DNA of 64,000 bases from Dicyema japonicum. Taxonomy: Eukaryota; Animalia; Dicyemida. The position numbers were made by a program, and so were the translations under genes. Every line of letters begins with the position of its first letter. Position 1 is the stretch's first letter. Shown here one piece after another: positions 27,301-39,973 of this stretch. The notes below the pieces were generated by a model. That model was not told where the DNA came from. It saw only the letters and a program-made list of their open reading frames with translations, and did not search any database. The stretch covers positions 683,061 to 747,060 of the forward strand of contig RDEW01000011.1 in NCBI GenBank assembly GCA_011109175.1. Direction: 5' to 3'.

Positions 27301-27424
27301 ATATTTATTAATTATAAAACGATTTTTATAATTATATTTCAGATTTTTATTTTTTTAATTTTTTTTTAATTTATTAACAGTAAAATATTATTTATTAACT
27401 ATGGGGAAGAGCTAATTTTTTTTT

Positions 27425-27950
27425 GGTTGAGGTGGTGACGTCCCTCTACTTGCACTATGTCTTCTTCGTATTGCTTACCAGTTTCTCCCCTCACTCTTGG
27501 ATCCCTCAACTGCCGAGGCCTCAATCAGTGCTACAAGAAACAACAATTGGCGCGTGATCTGAGTAAATACAACATCTCTGTCTGTTGTTTGCAAGAGACG
27601 AAAATAACCGANGATCAACCTTACAAGAAACACCAACTGATATGCGATCTAACCAAATGTGATGTCTCTGACTGCTGTCTACAAGAGACAAAAACGACCT
27701 TACGATGTACAGAACTATTTGGAAAATTCCACCTTTTTATCCTCCCGTCGGCCTATTCACTAAGTTACAAAAGTGTGGACATCATCTGATATTATAATGG
27801 AAATGGCGGACGACCTGGACTACCTAAGAGAACTAGTGCGCAACAGAAGATCATAGTCGAAGCTGACGGAGAGGATGATTCGGAATACGGCACAAGGGAA
27901 ACTTAACTAATTTTATGTTTTCTAGAGAGTGCTTAATAATAATAATAATA
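27425..27950 (+). mobile_element. internally deleted RTE derivative with 5' motif and (TAA)n tail (chimeric across n at 27612)
   Basis: GGTTGAGGTGGTGACGTC, then ATG 27457, LNCRGL..CCLQETK, a direct jump to DDLDYLRELVR, and GTGCTTAATAATAATAATAATA. Confidence 0.85.
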
Positions 27951-28445
27951 ATTTACTTTTTTATCTATAAAATATTAAATAAAATTAGAAAATATTTATA
28001 AATATATATCAGTAAATAATTTTTTTAATATGACTATACAAGACCTATGGGATCAGACCAAAAGCATTATTTGCCTTGCCGCAAACACCCACCTTGGAGT
28101 GAGACGGCAGACAACCGGAAATNTTTTTATTTATAAAATATTATATAAAGTTAGAAAATATTTATAAATATATATCAGTAAATAATTTTTTAGAAAAGTA
28201 CACACAAGAAAAGTAGAACTAATTAGAAAAGCAAGGGGGCGCTGGAAAATTATCATTATCATTGATAATTAAAAAAATTAAAATTCCAGCTCCCCCTAAT
28301 ATTTTCTAGCTTCCCCATTAAGACTCACTAGTATAGATAATGTGGTTTTTCGAGGACTCTCCGATATTGTCTTTTGCAAATTATTTTATTTATTTATAAA
28401 CAACAGGATTACAATCTTTGGTAAGTACAACGCAAACAGTCACAA

Positions 28446-28631
28446 CTAATTAATCCAAGGAAGAAACCCGAGGGAGAACATCTGTTTGTGCAGATTAAAT
28501 CCATCCTCTAAAAGTCCAATGCATTTTTCAGCTCCCGAAGAGAGATGTAGAAGTAGGTCGACCTCTTTTATTTTCGTCGTATGTTCTACTGTCGCGGAAA
28601 TCACTTCAGTGTTTAGCGGGAGAGTTTTCAT
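28446..28631 (-). other. member of an unidentified multicopy coding segment (also about 44955-45124 + and 50515-50690 +)
   Basis: Shared peptide DLLLHLSS..C.GLLEDGF...KQMFSLGFLPWIN* with synonymous differences between copies. Confidence 0.6.
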
Positions 28632-29422
28632 AATGGAATATCTTCACCAGTGGATTTGGACAGAAGAAAGGTATGGAGATCCCTTTCAACAAATGTGTCG
28701 TCGCTTCACGGGTGAGATCTGTTTGACGAAATTTGATTTCCGTTGAAAACTCCATCCTTCGGATTTAAACCCAAGACAATCAGATCAGAAGTCATCAGAC
28801 ATTACGTTTTTTCAGAATGCCATTTTTTGCGATTTGAATTTGTTAGATTCAATTGTGGATTATTTGAAGAGGAGTTTTTAGAACTTATGACATGTTTTTT
28901 AGGTTTCTGATATTTGATGTACGTGCACGGATACCTTTTTTGCAAACAACATCCACCAGAATGCCTGGTCGTCTGCTATGAAAGCCGAAATATCGAAAAA
29001 AATAAGTATACTGACTTACTCGATAGAATGTTGTGTAATCTTCTGGCTGTGAAGACTTCCGTTTCCATGTGATTCTCGACTTTGAATTTATGAATCGACT
29101 AGGGAGTCAAATTTCTAGGCGTTCGGGTGATCTACGTGAGGGCCATTGGCTATTCGAACAAGTTTTTCGTAATTTTGAGAGGGAATTGCCATACGGTTCG
29201 GATTCCCAAATTCTGCCATAAAATATATAACTCTATTTACGAATGAACCTACCCTAAAACTTGGTATACAAAGATTGTAAAATATGATCTCCTATCTTAG
29301 CATGTCTCGAGTAAAGCGACTTTATATTCAAGACTATCCGTGCAATTAAAAATTCTCATTTATACCCGTTTCTATTAATTCTGAAAAACAAATAAAAATT
29401 TTTAAAGAAATAAACAAAAGTA

Positions 29423-29735
29423 TTAGGTGTCGGGCAAAAGTGGCTTATGTCACGGGTTCGATTCTCGCTGCTGTTCACCTGGTGGAAGGTTCCACGCATC
29501 TACAATGCTAAAAGGGCTTGAGGAGTGACGCCGTCATCAGTGAGGATTCACTGCTGAACTGGATAATCAAAAGGACATACACACAAGAAAAAGAAAAAAC
29601 AAAAAAGTTAAAAGCATTCCTTGGTTCTTCCTCTACGATTGTTCTTTACTTAAATAAAGTGTGTGTTCTGCACGAGCGAAACCCTAGGCATCTTACGTGC
29701 TTATGGCAACGCGGTAGTGCTCATTATTATTATTA
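29423..29735 (+). mobile_element. tRNA-derived SINE family 1, tail type A
   Basis: B box GGTTCGATTC, shared core, tail almost identical to the 16364 copy, ends (TTA)n. Confidence 0.92.
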
Positions 29736-29867
29736 AACAAAATTATCCAAGTAATTTGTTTTTTAAGCAAATGTGATAATTATGAGATTCTTACAGCAAT
29801 TATTTGATAAAAAAGGAAATAAAGATGTTAATTGACAACAACAAGTGATAATTAGTTTGTTTGTGTA

Positions 29868-31720
29868 TTAAAGTTTCGTAAGATGAGATATAAATAAATG
29901 TGTTCTCTCAGTCATGTCTCCAAGTTTAATAATTTCCAAATTTAGTTTTTCGAATTCTTTCCGAGTTATCATGTCAGAACTATCAAAGGTGTTTATAAAT
30001 TTGCCGAGAATTTCGGGAGACCCATTTTCTCTAAAAATAAATCAACCAAAACTTTTGAATTTTCTTAAAGTTAAATTTTTGTGGAAATAGTTTAAATTTC
30101 AATAACCTAAAAAATGGAAAATTTTAGCTCGAAGCTTAAATTTAAAGAGAAAGTACTTTTTGTAGTGAGATAGTCTGATGCTCTGAATTTGTCTTTTGTT
30201 TTACTTCAGTAAAAGTATCATTGAGAATTGCCAAAAACATATTCAACAAAATAAAAAAGACTAGAAAGACAAAAGCTATAAAATATATTGGACCAATCAA
30301 TCGATTGTTTTTTCGAGTTGATAAAAATTGAATTCCTCCAAAACTATGCGAAATTGAGTGAAACTTAATATTAAAGAAATACTAACAAAGTATTCTCGAA
30401 ACTTCTGAAATCCTTAAGCTGACTCCCAAAAATAATGTAAGCAAGTTCGGCGAAAGAAGTGAAGGTAATTACGAAAATTGATGAAAATTTTATTTCCCCA
30501 ATGGATGACTTTTGAAGAACACTGCTCAACTGCTTGAAAGAAGCCATGAATTTGAAGTACTCAAAAATCTTTGAAAAAGTAAAAATCACTAACTTTTATG
30601 CATCCACAAAACATTATTAAACTGAAGTCCCCTAAAATGAGAGTCAATAGCAAGTCGTTGAAAGTTGATACGATTTCCTAGTTTTATGTTATTTATGATG
30701 AATTTGTTTTGTATGATCATGTAAACTTGGTAACCGAAATATAGGAAAGATCCCACGTAGGTAATCAGATCTACTCATCTCCAAAAGGATTTGAAATATT
30801 TTAATTTTTTTGACAAATCTGAGTACAAAAAACAATCATACTTTGAGAAATTCATTAATGAAAATAATTGATATAATAAAGAAATAACTTCCGATGATAA
30901 TATACCACGTGACTTTATTCTCTTTGCTTAGTTTGGAAAGGTCAGTGATTTTGATATCCCAGAGAGGATAAACACCACCAGAGGCTGGTACTTCCATAAT
31001 TAGCCAAAATAATATTAAATATACCTTATAATTTCAAATAAGTTCAAATTAGGGTTAAATATAGTATAATCAACAAATATGGCCCTAGTGGCTCTATCAA
31101 TCCAAAGATCTTCTTTAAGGTCTTAATTATCTCTACGGATTTTTTCCACTGCACAGAAAGATCCAGAGAATATCCACCTCCGTCATAAGTTCCGAAGCGT
31201 CCCCAATAGGGAAGATTTCCAGTTTGTTGACTGGTTGAGTAGGATAGTTTTTTTTGATTAATCGGTGAAATTATTCGAATTGAATCTTTTTCCTCAAAAA
31301 TAGGATAATATGGGGCATAGCATTCTTTAATTTTGTTATAAAATTGCTCGTATATTTTACAGGAACCCTTGAAAACACGGATTTGTCTCATCGTAGGGAC
31401 TCCAATAAGGACATTATTACGGAGAATGTTAAAGTTTTCTGTGTCATTTGCCATCCTTTGACTCCAATATAAATTGTCTAGTAATCCATTTTCCAAAAAC
31501 TTTTATAAAATGAAAATGTTACCTCAAAAATGTCATCGATTTTATTTAAGGATCGATATGTTAAATCTGATTGGATTCCCTTTCCGTCAACAAAAAGAGA
31601 TTCCATAGTTTTGTGATAATAGTAATAATTTAAATTCTTAATATTCAGAGATACTAAGTTTAAAATCTTTGACTTATTATAAAATGACTATAAATGCAAA
31701 ATATGTTATTAATTCACGGG
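29868..31720 (-). pseudogene. PKD2: polycystin-2 (TRPP/PKD2-like) channel, disrupted
   Basis: RELITY, LIGVPTMRQIRV..C, YDGGGY, LWIDRATRAIFVD, MEVPASGGV and [18 protein letters not shown] motifs. Lesions: frameshifts near 31683 and 31117, TGA at 30775-30777, one acceptor ending TG, N-terminus missing. Confidence 0.85.
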
Positions 31721-33099
31721 AATTTAGGAATTCTCAAGAAAAATTTAATTGTTATGACATGAAATGGAGTAGTAATAAAGCACTACAAGTCCTATATGGA
31801 AGGACTCAACGTGGATCTCTCTACAAGGACATACATCCAATCAATGACGATTAAAAAACTTTAGAGAGCTGATAATCGAGCATAGACATGGGCTGAAAGT
31901 TGATAACTATGATGATGAGGTTACAAGAGTGACTAATCATCTTATCTCAAGAGGCTCTGAACTTGGAGGTGACGTCGAAGAGGACCCAAGAGAAACTGCT
32001 GTCTTGTCTAGTGATTTGCTTTCTCAAGTGGTATACGAGGGGAACAGTGAGGTTGATACTAATAAGCAACATGCGTGAAATCATAATAATTATAATTTCA
32101 CTCGTGCAGCACCGATACCCTCTTCCAGCCTACTCGATCATAAGAAAGTTCTTTCAGCTCGTCCACGTCATCTCCACTTTTAAATCTTTTGTTTACGAGC
32201 GTTAGATCACCTTCAAGTATTTCCATAATACGCCGGCGTCTACGAAAGTACGGTCCCTGTCTCATTAAGTAATCCTTTATCGCTAAAGGATTCAGAACAA
32301 TTTATTGCACATCAGAAAGTTTACTTGTAAAAAAATTGAGAAAAAAACTTACGAAAATGATTCATAACATAAAAATAGGTTCTTCATTTCGTGGAGAGTT
32401 GAAAGGAATTATAATACTAAACTCATCAGACTGCTAGTGATTTCAGTCAGCAGACATTTCATGCAGTCATACAGGCCCTTTCAAAGTCTCATAAGTTTAG
32501 AGATGTCGTGAGCTTAGATGTCACTTTAATGGTATGCTACATTAATATTTATTTTAATTTTTATTAAAAAAACAACTAAAGTCTTTTAGTTAAGAGGAAT
32601 GTTCTGTACGTTAGATTATTTATGGTTTGAAACCAGTTAGTATGAGGGACTGTTCCAAAGTTCTGAGATAATGAGGTGTGGGCTAAAGAAAAGGCATTGT
32701 CTTATCATTTTAAAATTAATCTCAAATTGATGAAAGAAAATTACAAAGTTCAACCACATTTGTACCAAATAGTATGATCCCTTATGTTTTTGCTTCGAAA
32801 TGTGGATACTAGAAGGATTGCGTGTTCAGACAAGATATCGTCGATTAAGGAACTTGAATCATGAAAAGACTCAAAACAGAGACTTAACCCATTTACTTCC
32901 TTCCAGTCCTTTCAAGTAAAGGAAATCAGCAATCAACATGAAACAGCAACCAATTTAGGCAACGTAAAATAAATTATCTATTCTTAGATAAAAGTTATTG
33001 ATATTTTTTCCATTCTCCCTTGCAGCTCCACAAAGTGGTTAAATTAAGACAAAACTCCTCTTCAGGAGTACTTACTCCATGTCTGCGGAAGATTCTTAT

Positions 33100-33370
33100 G
33101 ACATTCTGTGATAACGGCATGATGAAACGTGCTCTAGTATCCCATCAGTGTTGGAATCGGACAGAGGACAGAAAACAACCGGAGCTACAATCTTTTAAGA
33201 AGACATCGATTCCATTTCTCGTGCAAATATTCTTGGAATTGTGGTAAACACACTATACGACGCAAAAAAAAATGAAAAGTTCAAATGTAAGCAGTACGAA
33301 AGGCTCCTCGATCGGTTCACGTTCCAGACTATCGTTGTTTGATAACTACGTCGGTGAAACTCAGTAATTT
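33100..33370 (+). mobile_element. highly decayed CRE RLE fragment
   Basis: MKRAL..KQYERLLDRFTFQTIV parallels KKYEALRDRFAFYPIV of other copies. Confidence 0.55.
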
Positions 33371-34329
33371 CTCCAGTTTATCTCCGTTTCTTACATCAAT
33401 TATATTTGCTGGGATAAATTGATTGATTTAATAATTGCTATTGATTTTAGAGAAATTAGTCATTTAATTCGCATTTACAATTTCTTTATTGGGTTATTAG
33501 GGATTTTAATTCAAGTTATTTCTATAATCAAGGACAGGATATTGGAGAAGAGACTCGCATCATATGGCCCGAGGAGAGCATTNATTTAATAATTGTTATT
33601 GATTTTAGGGAAATTAGTCATTTAATTCGCATTTACAATTTATTTATTGGATTATTAGGGATTTTAATTCAAGTTATTTCTATAATCAAGGACAGGATAT
33701 TGGAGAAGAGACTCGCATCTTATGGCCCGAGGAGAGCATTTAGGAGAGATAATTATGAGTTCGATTCGAACAGAAAGAAATTCTATCGAAGCCTTACCAG
33801 TGATACTCAGCGCACTGTGTGTGAAGTTGAAAAAGATTTTGAAATTTATTTAACTTAGTTGCAAATGCTTTGTCATGATCTTGGCATCGCGTACGTGCCT
33901 ATAATAATAATGTCGGAAAACATAACATTATATACGACCTTCCATAATTTCGGAATCGTAGTTTTGATAATATTAGACGCCCAAAAGTGAGAAATTGATT
34001 CGTTTTTTAAATCAAATTTTAAGTTTTTTGTTATTTTTTAATTCAATTCAATCAGTTCTTGTATTTTTTTCCACATCAAACCCAGATGATAACCACGGAT
34101 TTATCATCAAATCTTCACTATTCCGATTAAATCGTAAAATCTTTTATATCATTCAAATTTTGTAGGGGTCGCATAAATATCTGTATCGTTATAACTTTTC
34201 TTGTAATTCCAAAAAAGTAACATTTAACAAATCTACCCAAAACTTGCCATTTTGTTTTAAAAATTCCAAAATCCACGATATTTTCAGACCATGACGATGG
34301 CCATTGCACCAACAAGAGTCAGAGAAAGC

Positions 34330-34950
34330 GGAAAACCTTGAGGTACTCCGTTAGGTAATAATCGTGATCTTGATCTAAGATGACCCCAGACAACTCTTCC
34401 ACGTCGTCCAGAGAGAAAATTGGTCAATCAAGCTAAATGTTTGTACGAACTTTAGAATCAAAAATCTTACCAAAAAGAAGCTTCCTCGGGACTGTGTCGA
34501 AAGCCTTGTTTATGTCAATGGAAACCATTGTAGTTCGCATGTGTGGTGGGGTGGCATTAAATCTATCGGCTATAAATTGAGATGGTGTGGTCAAATGGGT
34601 GGTGGACTTCCCTGAACAAAAACTGTGTTAGAAAGTCGCTCGAGGGAGGTCAGAGTAATCGTGGATAGTGCCAGTTTTTCAAGTTCTGGAATTGTGCTGG
34701 TTAGGGAGATCGGCCTGTATGAAGCAGGTTCTCCCTTCGGTTTTTTAGCCTTCAAAAACTGGTTTGATAACAGAGTTCTTCCAAATATTGTGAATAATAT
34801 TGTAGCTCATAGACAGGTTAAATATTTGCGTGAGGTAGCCAATTGCTTTTTTTCTTAGGTGTTTCAGGTGAATCGAAGATTTTTAGGCCAGAGACCCGTG
34901 AGTTTTTTAATCCAGCGATTACCTATGAGACCTACTTGTCTGATAATAGG
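34330..34950 (-). mobile_element. Jockey/I-like LINE RT fragment
   Basis: YRPISLTS, SIDINKAFDTV and NGVPQG motifs. Confidence 0.8.
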
Positions 34951-35259
34951 TCTTGGTAAGGTTCATTCCTTTGGTTTATGGGCACCTACTTTGATATCTA
35001 GGTGTTTAGAGCAGCCATGCCAAAGGGTAGCAACAGAAAAAAAAGATTTTTTAATAAAAAAACTGGTGAAAAATAATATATAATTTATTTTTGAGGTCAT
35101 GTTCGAAGTCTCCTCATCTCTCTACTGGACTTTTCTAATAAAATTGTTTATATTTTTTAATTAGTATTCTTGATTTACTTTGTGGTTAACTTTGAATCGT
35201 ATATTCTTTATAATTAAGTCTTTCCTAAATTTTTTTTTAATGGATAAATTTAAATTAAA

Positions 35260-35960
35260 AGGTTAAATAAATAAAATTCTTGGATGATCTGCTTGAAGGT
35301 TTCTTAAGTTGGTGAAAGAACCTTGTCGTCTCTGGAGAGCACACGCAGGATTCCCGAATCTTATTCACTTCTGTATGTAGATCTCGTTTGTCTTTATTGA
35401 TCCTGGATGATGAGGGTGAATAATAAAAGATCGAAAGACTTCCCAATGCACTCACCAGATCTCTTGATGATTAATTTCAGGTTCCCTTCTATCAGTTCAG
35501 TTGTTGTGATCTGAGGAATGAAGTGCAAGCAGAGAATGTGGTTCCAGGCATCTTGAGTATCATCATCGACTGCCCTGATGATTAGCTTTGAAAGACAGGA
35601 GGCAGCTGTTAGACCCACCGACCTTGGATCCTGAGTGGGGTAACCCTCACCGACACAAACTGATTCAAGCAGTGTAGGCGTTTCATCCGTGTTAGATAGA
35701 TCCAGGACAGATCCAGAGAAGGCTCCTTCTGCATGCTGTGTCTTTCCAAGACATGATGGGCATAAACAATTTGGCAGAAATTGTGCTGCCTTTCTTGTTA
35801 GCTTTTAGCATCCAAGGTGTCCAAAATTTGGGCAACGGGAGTATTGAATACCTACTTTCCTCTTATTTGCTTTCCAGAGATTAGGGAGAAGTAAGGTTTA
35901 TCATGTCCACTTTCGTTGCATTGTCGTTCCTTCTGTCAGTAAAATTCACCATTTTTAATC
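35260..35960 (-). mobile_element. CRE-clade N-terminal ORF fragment
   Basis: RIPRSV..AASCLSKLI..AWNHIL pattern typical of the CRE pre-RT region. Confidence 0.55.
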
Positions 35961-36069
35961 CGATAGTCAAAAACAGCTAACTAGACGAACTCTCCGCGTT
36001 TTTTTATTTTTGAGTGAAAAGTGTCTGTTATTTTAATAACCCCGGGAACACCGAGAAAGAAGGACAAAA

Positions 36070-37130
36070 GTCAACAGGTTTTAACACCCATCCCGCCTCA
36101 CCAAACGCACAATCTTGGTTTCTATTGACATCAACAAAGCCTTTGACACTGTTTCGAGGAAAATCCTGGTTGGAAAAATATTTTCTACTAATATTCTCCG
36201 AATGTGAAATTTATGGCTGGCCAACTTTTGTCTGGGAAAGACGTGGAAGAGTAGTCAGTGGTGATCTCAGATCTAGATCACGATTACTACCGAACGGGGT
36301 ACCCAGGGGTCTCCACTTTCACCAATTCTATTCAACCTATTCCTACACGACCTAGCTAATGATGGAGACGAAGATTCCCTGCTATTATCCTACGCAGACG
36401 ATGTAGTCATTGCAATACGGCACCGCTCGACGCAAGTCGCATCCCTTAAAACTCAGACAAAATTGAACACTCTCCACGATTGGATTGTTGGCAATCGACT
36501 TACGATTTCTGCAACCAAGTCCTATCTGTCACTTCACGTCGGACCGTCGTTCCAAGGATGAACCGAGTCTTTTTATTGGTCCCACATCGGATTCCAGTGA
36601 CAAGGTCCCCAATGTCCTTGGAGTCAAGTACGACAGCCTTCTCAATTTCAACTCCCACGCAACAGACATGATTACCAGGGGCCTCCAGAAAGTTAACGTT
36701 ATACGCGCCCTTGTTCGGAGGACCACGAGGAACATGGACTTTTCCGTTTCTACCCTCTACCAACAAACAATCGCGCCTCCGTTGCATGGAGATTCGGGTT
36801 ATCGGAGTCTATGGTCCAAAGAATCAACTCGATATACCGGAAAAAATCAGTATACTTTGCCCACGTAATGGATCAACAGTCGACCCATTACTCATGGAAG
36901 CTAAGATCCGTAGTCGTGGCTCCGGATTTTCTTCGCGTCTGTGAAGAAGATGGAAAATCCGCTTCGCCTGATCCTTCCCATGCAAGAGAAAACCGATTGG
37001 ATAAGAAATTCCCCTCCCCGATCGGATTCTTCTGCAAGACCGAGACTACTTCCGGAAAGTAGTGGGGACGATGGAAGATCACAGACGTCGAATGGCACAA
37101 GTGATTGCGAGGACTAGGATCACCTAACTG
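36070..37130 (+). mobile_element. Jockey/I-like LINE RT fragment
   Basis: SIDINKAFDTV, NGVP, LSYADDV and VLGVKYD motifs. Confidence 0.88.
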
Positions 37131-37442
37131 TTTATGNGACTTGAATGAGAATAAATTGTACAAATTATCAAAACTCTTAGTACAATTAATGCCTATTAAT
37201 ATATATTTGATTCCATTGGATTACTAATTTAAAATCTTATTGTTGCTAATCTTCTGTGAAAGCAAACAATGGAGTTATCCCTTTTAGAAGATCTCAAAGG
37301 ATCCTTGGGGTTATTTTTGACATGGACATGTTATTTTCTCCCCATATTGAAAACTTTATTACAAAATGCGAAAACAAGACTAATGTCTTGAAATGTCTCA
37401 CAGGCTTATGGAAGTACGGAAATCATCCTATTTTGAGTTATA

Positions 37443-38613
37443 CAGTGGACCTTGAATTGGGGAAATTTCTTCCCAATTTTGAGGTTTTCCCCAAAAAAGA
37501 GGGTTTTCCTTAAATTTGGGTCTTCCTGTTCGATATCCTACCTTAATAATATAACTAAGACGGATAATTACAATTTTTATTTTTTAATAAAAAATCTGTT
37601 AATTTTAATCGAGTTTTTGTTTTTTTCGAATCGAACTCATAATATTTGCTTTGAATCTGTGTAGATCAAGGACATTTTCCAGAGTCTCTTGCTTAAAAAT
37701 ATTTAGCAGCATTGTGAATGCGCATTCCGCATTTTTATAACTTGATGATCATCCAAATGTTCCAGAAAGTGTTTGCTGCACTCCTCTTCATCACTACTAT
37801 GATCCCAGAAGCTCTCAAAATTGCCTTTTCCACAATATCCGAATCAATCAGACTTTCTTCGATGCCCTCTTTTTCCCGACAGTCCTATTCCAAAACCTTT
37901 TCAAAACAATGTCGTATTGAAGTTTCTGTAATCTCGCCTCATGCCAATTTTGAGCATGAAATAGAATCCAATATTGTGATTCCCTTTATTGCTTCATCTA
38001 TTTGTGCTTCAAAATTTTTATCATAGATAATCGTTTTCATCATCCAGTTATTGAAATGATTCTTTAATGCCTGTATTATCCTTTAGTCACATGGCTGAAT
38101 TAAGGAAGTAGTGTTTTATGGAAAAATATTACGTCGAGGTTAGAATGTTGGGCAGAAACAGCATTACAAGTTGCATTGTCAATTAATAATGCTATTTTTC
38201 TTCTTTTCTCCCTCATTTCCTCGTTAGATCGTGAAAATAATTTTCAAAAATATTTTTTGTGATCAAGGCTTTGCATGAAGCATAATATTCAATTCCGATT
38301 TCTTTCAGATTCACACCTTTTAATACTCTTGGTGACTTGCACGCCCAATTATAAGCGGTTTATATTTTTCTCCTGTGTAACTGCAACACAAAAGAAGTTT
38401 CATCGACTTTCAATGATTTGCTTGCTAACTTACAAGGTTGATTAAATTTCAAAATTCTTATAGAAATATATTAATGAATCGTTTATGATAATATAAAAAT
38501 TTCCCCAGGGGAGTTATTTCTTTAAAATCATCGTATTTTATAGATGGCGAAAATATTTTCCTAAAAGCAAGGTTTTTCCCAAAAAAGAGTTTCCCCAATT
38601 CGGGGTCGCACTG
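37443..38613 (-). mobile_element. pogo/Tigger element nested in a LINE remnant
   Basis: TA|CAGTG..AATTGGGGAAA and TTCCCCAATTCGGGGTCGCACTG|TA ends. LLIDNA..TTSLIQPCD DDE motifs. Confidence 0.85.
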
Positions 38614-39943
38614 TACAAACAATTCATTGAACCATGCATCTCTTACGCATGTGGTATCTAGGCCCCTTCACTCTCGGATAAATATCTTGAAGATCTAGGT
38701 TCGCTGAAAAAGAGCCTCTAAAATTACGGAACGCTGGATTTCTGAAGAGTTCAAGGCTCCAATGCCTCTAGAATCCATGATACGCATGAACCGTAGAATG
38801 CGCCGTCGTGACTACGAGATCCAGTCATTTGGCGATACGTGCTTGTGTGGGGTCGAAGTAGGAGCATCGAGCCAAGTCGAGGTCCCTGCTAGAGCGTGCT
38901 GAGATCACGTAATTAGTTAGTTTGTGTAACCGTGGTCTCTGGTGTTTTTATTATTATGTCATTAATTGTTGCTCCGAAATTTTACAAAGTCTCCAAGACT
39001 TACCCCCATAATCTAGTCATACTTAAAATACCTATACACGAAGGTCTTAGTTGTAAATAGACACGTGATTTTTTGTCCATTGATTTTATTATTGACTATT
39101 TCTTTTTCGTTCTGACTACCTCTTTGGTTGGTCTCATATTTAGAAGCACTGGTAAGTCAACTCGTATTGATTCTCTACAAACAAAATAGTAATATTCACA
39201 AAGAGGCACTGGTAAACTCAATAAAAATGCCAGGAACGATGATCAATCCCAGGTGCTGTGAAAATCATCTCTCTGCGAGGGTCTGAATCGGTGTCGTCTC
39301 TTTACTCATGTTTGTTTCTACGTAACGAATGAAACTCACCAATTGGACCTATCTGAGAAGGTCCCCGATAGATAAACTATAAACAACAAACACCGAGTGG
39401 TTCACGATGTTTTACTACGTTCCAACCACTACCAAGTAATGAAAGGTCACAAGGTGGAAGTTCATAAAATATATAGCGTTGTAGTTTTACATCCATTTGG
39501 TTTTTTATAGTAAATTTATATTATCCCATTCTCACAATTATTTGCATCTTACGTCATTCCATCTCTTTTACCAATTCTGTTAGGATTGCAGTCACTCAGA
39601 GAATAGCTCTTAATGTGACACAACAGTGGACGTTAAATGTTTGGAACCGAGACCTCCGGAGAGCCTCAATTCGTGGAAATGGAGGTAGTTGTCCCTTCTA
39701 TGGGGACCTGTTTGGTTCCTCGATCAGTTCGGATGTGTGAGGCCAATTGACTAATCTGGAATCGTTATGTGGGAGAATAAGAAAATAACTTTGTGAACTA
39801 TTTATGAACTAAAAAATCAAAAAAAACTCAATAAAGAGAATAACCAGGATTTAAAATTTCACGCACGTGTCTGGCAAAGAAATTTTGTTTATTAATTTTT
39901 AAATTAAGATTAAAAGATAAACTTATATTTTATTAAAATAAAT

Positions 39944-39958
39944 TTATCCCTAAGCAAC
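39944..39958 (-). promoter_or_regulatory. candidate RFX X-box (GTTGCTTAGGGATAA)
   Basis: GTTGC half-site 15 nt upstream of the ATG of a ciliary gene. Second half-site imperfect. Confidence 0.4.
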
Positions 39959-39973
39959 AAATAGTGGTAGACA

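Noticed and set aside
27402-27415. TGGGGAAGAGC match to family 2, just upstream of the RTE 5' motif
   Set aside because: Only 11-12 nt with no flanking homology and no pseudoknot; probably chance.
33420-33741. Roughly 160-bp tandem duplication
   Set aside because: Junction is the n at 33583; likely a scaffolding artefact.
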